The translations under genes were made by a program, and so were the position numbers. Below, one piece after another: positions 17,045 to 19,662 of a DNA stretch of 19,662 nucleotides. How positions within the stretch are numbered: position 1 is the stretch's first letter; the number at the start of each line of letters is the position of its first letter. Under the pieces are notes generated by a model. It was not told the DNA's origin. It saw nothing but the letters and a program-made list of their open reading frames with translations, and made no database searches. Source of the stretch: Candidatus Aenigmatarchaeota archaeon (GTDB lineage: Archaea; Aenigmatarchaeota; Aenigmatarchaeia; JACPZZ01); contig JAZDLW010000027.1 in NCBI GenBank assembly GCA_043801595.1, positions 1 to 19,662 on the forward strand, written 5' to 3'.

Positions 17045-17085
17045 CTGTTATGAATTTATAAATCTTCGCCTTCTTTAGAAGTTCT

Positions 17086-17445
17086 ATGACGAAGAAAGCT
17101 TACGAATGGGATACCAGAATTTTTTCCATACCCATGCAAAGGGGTATTGTCGAACGCAGAGCCGAAGCGCTGGCTGCGCTGACAAGAGAATACGGAAACG
17201 ACGGGTTTTTCAGAGAGACGGAAGCTTACAGGGGCGTGTTAAGAGACGCTAATTTTCGCTGGTGCGAGCCTTCTATAAACCTTCGTACACTCTGGGCTGA
17301 AGGGCTCCTTTCAAGGCGTTACAGCGGGGCGGGAAATATTTACTATTACAGGGTCGCGGAAGGGTCGTTGGATTATCTGAAAGGAAATCTGAACGAAAGA
17401 AGAGGAAACTCTGCAGTTGTCGGGCAGCAGCTTGCACTGTTATAA
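17086..17445 (+). CDS. Hypothetical protein, possibly winged helix-turn-helix
   Basis: TTTATAAA 31 nt upstream. Segment SINLRTLWAEGLLSRRYSGAGNIYYYRV resembles a recognition helix plus wing. Confidence 0.65.
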   Translation: MTKKAYEWDTRIFSIPMQRGIVERRAEALAALTREYGNDGFFRETEAYRGVLRDANFRWCEPSINLRTLWAEGLLSRRYSGAGNIYYYRVAEGSLDYLKGNLNERRGNSAVVGQQLALL

Positions 17446-17499
17446 AATCTTGAACATCAAACGAAAAACTTTATCTTTCTTGGGATGTTATCATAGATT

Positions 17500-17805
17500 A
17501 TGACATTCGTAAAAGTCGCTTCTGCAAATGATATTCCTCCGGGAAATAAAAAAGAGGTCACGATCAAAGGCGAGAGCATACTCGTTGCAAACGTTGACGG
17601 CAAATATTATGCGATAAATAATATTTGCCCCCACGGGGGCTGCAAGCTTTCTTTCGGCGCGTTAAAAGGAGCGGATATCGACTGCCCATGCCATGGTTCT
17701 GTTTTTGATGTCAAGGCGGGCAGCGTTTTGAAAGGGCCTGCGACAAAGGCTGTGCGCTCTTTCAAGGTGAAAGTTGAAAAAGACCAGATTTTGGTTGACG
17801 CATAA
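17500..17805 (+). CDS. Rieske [2Fe-2S] ferredoxin
   Basis: CPHGGCKL (CxH) and CPCHGSVFDVKAG (CxxH), then GPA. 101 aa, no TM anchor. Confidence 0.95.
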   Translation: MTFVKVASANDIPPGNKKEVTIKGESILVANVDGKYYAINNICPHGGCKLSFGALKGADIDCPCHGSVFDVKAGSVLKGPATKAVRSFKVKVEKDQILVDA

Positions 17806-17858
17806 TTCCTGTTTTTAAAAACAGAAAGGCACTTAAGTTTAAACCGCAACCTAATCGT

Positions 17859-18800
17859 ATGCCTGATTTTGTTGTCGGCAACGACGATTTTGGCAAAATT
17901 CTTTCAAAATCACTCGGCTGCGCGTACAGACAATTTGTTGAGGAATTTTACGCTGACGGCGAGCCGTGCCCTAGAATAAACGCGAATTACAACGAACTTT
18001 CCGGTAAACACGTTGTCTTTGCCCCGCGGGCTTCGCAAAAACCGACGCGCGAAACGATCGCGTTGTATCTTCATGACTGCGAGCGCGTTCTCGGAGCGTT
18101 GACGAACAAGGATCTTTACAATGCCGGACGCGTCGAACTGGTTCTGCCGTATTTCATGCTTGGCAGGCAGGATCATAATCCTCGCACAGATAGCAATGAA
18201 AGCGTAAGGATGAAAGACGCCGGAAAGGACGTAGGATACGCTGCAATAGCCGCAATTTATAAGGCTTTGGGAGCGGACAGGATTATAACGTTCGATCCCC
18301 ACTTTTACAGAAAAGAAGGCATTATCAGAGTTTCCGGAATCGACGTAGTTTCGCTTTCCGGCGTTTACGCTTTGGGAAGGTATTTTCAGGGCACGGACGG
18401 AGATACTGTTGTTGTCGGCCCGGACATGAACGCCAGCACGCTTTCCACAAAGCTTGCGGACATTCTCGGAGCGAAATCGCACAGCTTTCCGAAAAAAAGA
18501 ATAAGCGACACGAAGGTCGAAATAAAGGAGGCTTATGACGCAGAAGGCGCGCATGTTATTCTCGTTGACGACATACTATCGACAGGAGGAACGATACGGG
18601 AAGCCATAGACAACCTTTACGGCGCTTCAAGCATTAACGTGGCGTTCATCCATCCCGTACTGCCGGATGTCGGTTATAACAGGATAATGCAATTGCATAA
18701 ATCCGGAAAAATACGCGATGTTGTTGCGACGGACACGATAAACTCCGAGTTCAGCAAGGCGAGCGTTATTCCGGAACTGACAAAAGCGTTGATGGGCTAA
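17859..18800 (+). CDS. prs: Ribose-phosphate pyrophosphokinase (PRPP synthetase), divergent archaeal type
   Basis: FYADGE, PYFMLGRQD, TFDPH, VVGPD, KKR, PRT loop LVDDILSTGGTI, HPVL, TDTI. Confidence 0.88.
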   Translation: MPDFVVGNDDFGKILSKSLGCAYRQFVEEFYADGEPCPRINANYNELSGKHVVFAPRASQKPTRETIALYLHDCERVLGALTNKDLYNAGRVELVLPYFMLGRQDHNPRTDSNESVRMKDAGKDVGYAAIAAIYKALGADRIITFDPHFYRKEGIIRVSGIDVVSLSGVYALGRYFQGTDGDTVVVGPDMNASTLSTKLADILGAKSHSFPKKRISDTKVEIKEAYDAEGAHVILVDDILSTGGTIREAIDNLYGASSINVAFIHPVLPDVGYNRIMQLHKSGKIRDVVATDTINSEFSKASVIPELTKALMG

Positions 18801-18829
18801 TTTTTATAGGCTGCCTGATAAATTTATTC

Positions 18830-19662
18830 ATGGCTCTCAAAAGAGCATTATCTTATTTCGATCTGACGAGCATTGTTGTCGGTTCCATCATCGGGTCGGA
18901 CATATACATCGCTTCCGCGATAACTGCGGGCCTTGTCGGACCGTTTTCAGTCGTTGTCTGGATTATTGCGGCTGTGATCGCGACATTGTTGGCATTGGTT
19001 TTTGCGTACTGCAGTTTCTACGTTCCGCGCGTCGGCGGGTCTTTCGCATTCGTCTCGGAAGCTTTCGATGATTTCTACGGTTTCCTGAGCGGCTGGAGCA
19101 TGTGGATTGCTGAGATGCTCGCGCTTCCGGTTTTCGCGATAACGTTTACGAATTATCTGCAGCATTTCATTGTTTTGGATTTTTTCCAGCAAACTGTTGT
19201 TAAAGCGTTGTTCCTGTTCGGTTTGACATTCATAAACATAATCGGCGTAAAGGCGGCTGGCAAGGTTAACGACGTGCTTACGATTGTGAAACTTTTACCG
19301 CTGATATTGATCGTTGTCGCAGGCTTTGCAATGTTCGCGCAAAATCCGTCGTTCATTGCGAATTATTCCCCGCTTGCGCCGCTTGGGTTTGCGAATGTCG
19401 GAACAGCCTTGGTTTTAATATTCTGGGCATACGCGGGTTTTGAACTAGGCACACTGCCGGCGAGCGAAGTAAAGAATCCGAAGAAAACCATACCGAAAGC
19501 GATCATTACTGGAATGGCGATCGTCACTTTGTTTTACCTGACAACAAATTTCGTCGTGTTCGGAACTGTCAACTGGACCGAGCTTGCGACTACGAAAACG
19601 CCGCTGATACTCGTAGGAGCTGCGCTGCTGGGAACAATAGGCGCTGCGATAATGAGTTTCGG
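18830..19662 (+). CDS. APC-family amino acid permease, 3'-truncated by the window edge
   Basis: Absent from the ORF track because it has no stop. My translation: MALKRALSYFDLTSIVVGSIIGSDIYI...PRVGGSFAFVSEAF..FYGFLSGW...NIIGVK...FWAYAGFE...EVKNPKKTIPKAI. TTTATAGG 27 nt upstream. Confidence 0.95.
   Translation, partial: MALKRALSYFDLTSIVVGSIIGSDIYIASAITAGLVGPFSVVVWIIAAVIATLLALVFAYCSFYVPRVGGSFAFVSEAFDDFYGFLSGWSMWIAEMLALPVFAITFTNYLQHFIVLDFFQQTVVKALFLFGLTFINIIGVKAAGKVNDVLTIVKLLPLILIVVAGFAMFAQNPSFIANYSPLAPLGFANVGTALVLIFWAYAGFELGTLPASEVKNPKKTIPKAIITGMAIVTLFYLTTNFVVFGTVNWTELATTKTPLILVGAALLGTIGAAIMSF

Noticed and set aside
417..19356. Many antisense or alternate-frame ORFs in the track (e.g. 4755..5312, 9404..9973, 14246..14725, 17910..18554, 18947..19192)
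   Set aside because: They overlap motif-supported genes and have no recognisable motifs; treated as shadow ORFs.
1..19662. tRNA, rRNA, CRISPR array, IS element or diversity-generating retroelement
   Set aside because: Intergenic gaps are mostly under about 130 nt. I saw no cloverleaf, repeat-spacer periodicity, transposase or reverse transcriptase, and pilin similarity is at protein level rather than near-identical DNA repeats. tRNAscan-SE or Infernal would confirm.

Overview
Gene-dense archaeal chromosomal segment with about 26 CDS. I found no rRNA, tRNA, CRISPR array or mobile element. The gene set and TATA-box/GGTGA architecture fit a small-genome DPANN-like archaeon, but that assignment is inference only. 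Left part: three tandem archaeal type IV pilins face a minus-strand cluster of pilus ATPase, KaiC-like ATPase, two TadB/TadC (T2SS-F) platform proteins, a membrane-anchored unknown, a YdjM-like membrane hydrolase and a CDP-alcohol phosphotransferase. Middle: ribosomal protein eS26, RtcB, AlaX-M, archease, and an AbrB-like regulator / short-form HisG / full-length HisRS operon. Right: divergent TIM-barrel protein, second KaiC-like ATPase, polyprenyl diphosphate synthase plus IDI-2, two unknowns, Rieske ferredoxin, PRPP synthetase and a partial APC permease. Best leads: (1) a short, divergent HisG coupled to a real HisRS rather than HisZ, behind an AbrB gene with an operator-like palindrome; (2) lipid-handling genes chained onto the pilus operon; (3) a prenyl synthase with eukaryotic type-III GGPPS motifs; (4) eS26 in this genomic context. 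All family calls rest on motif recognition by eye; no database searches were run.
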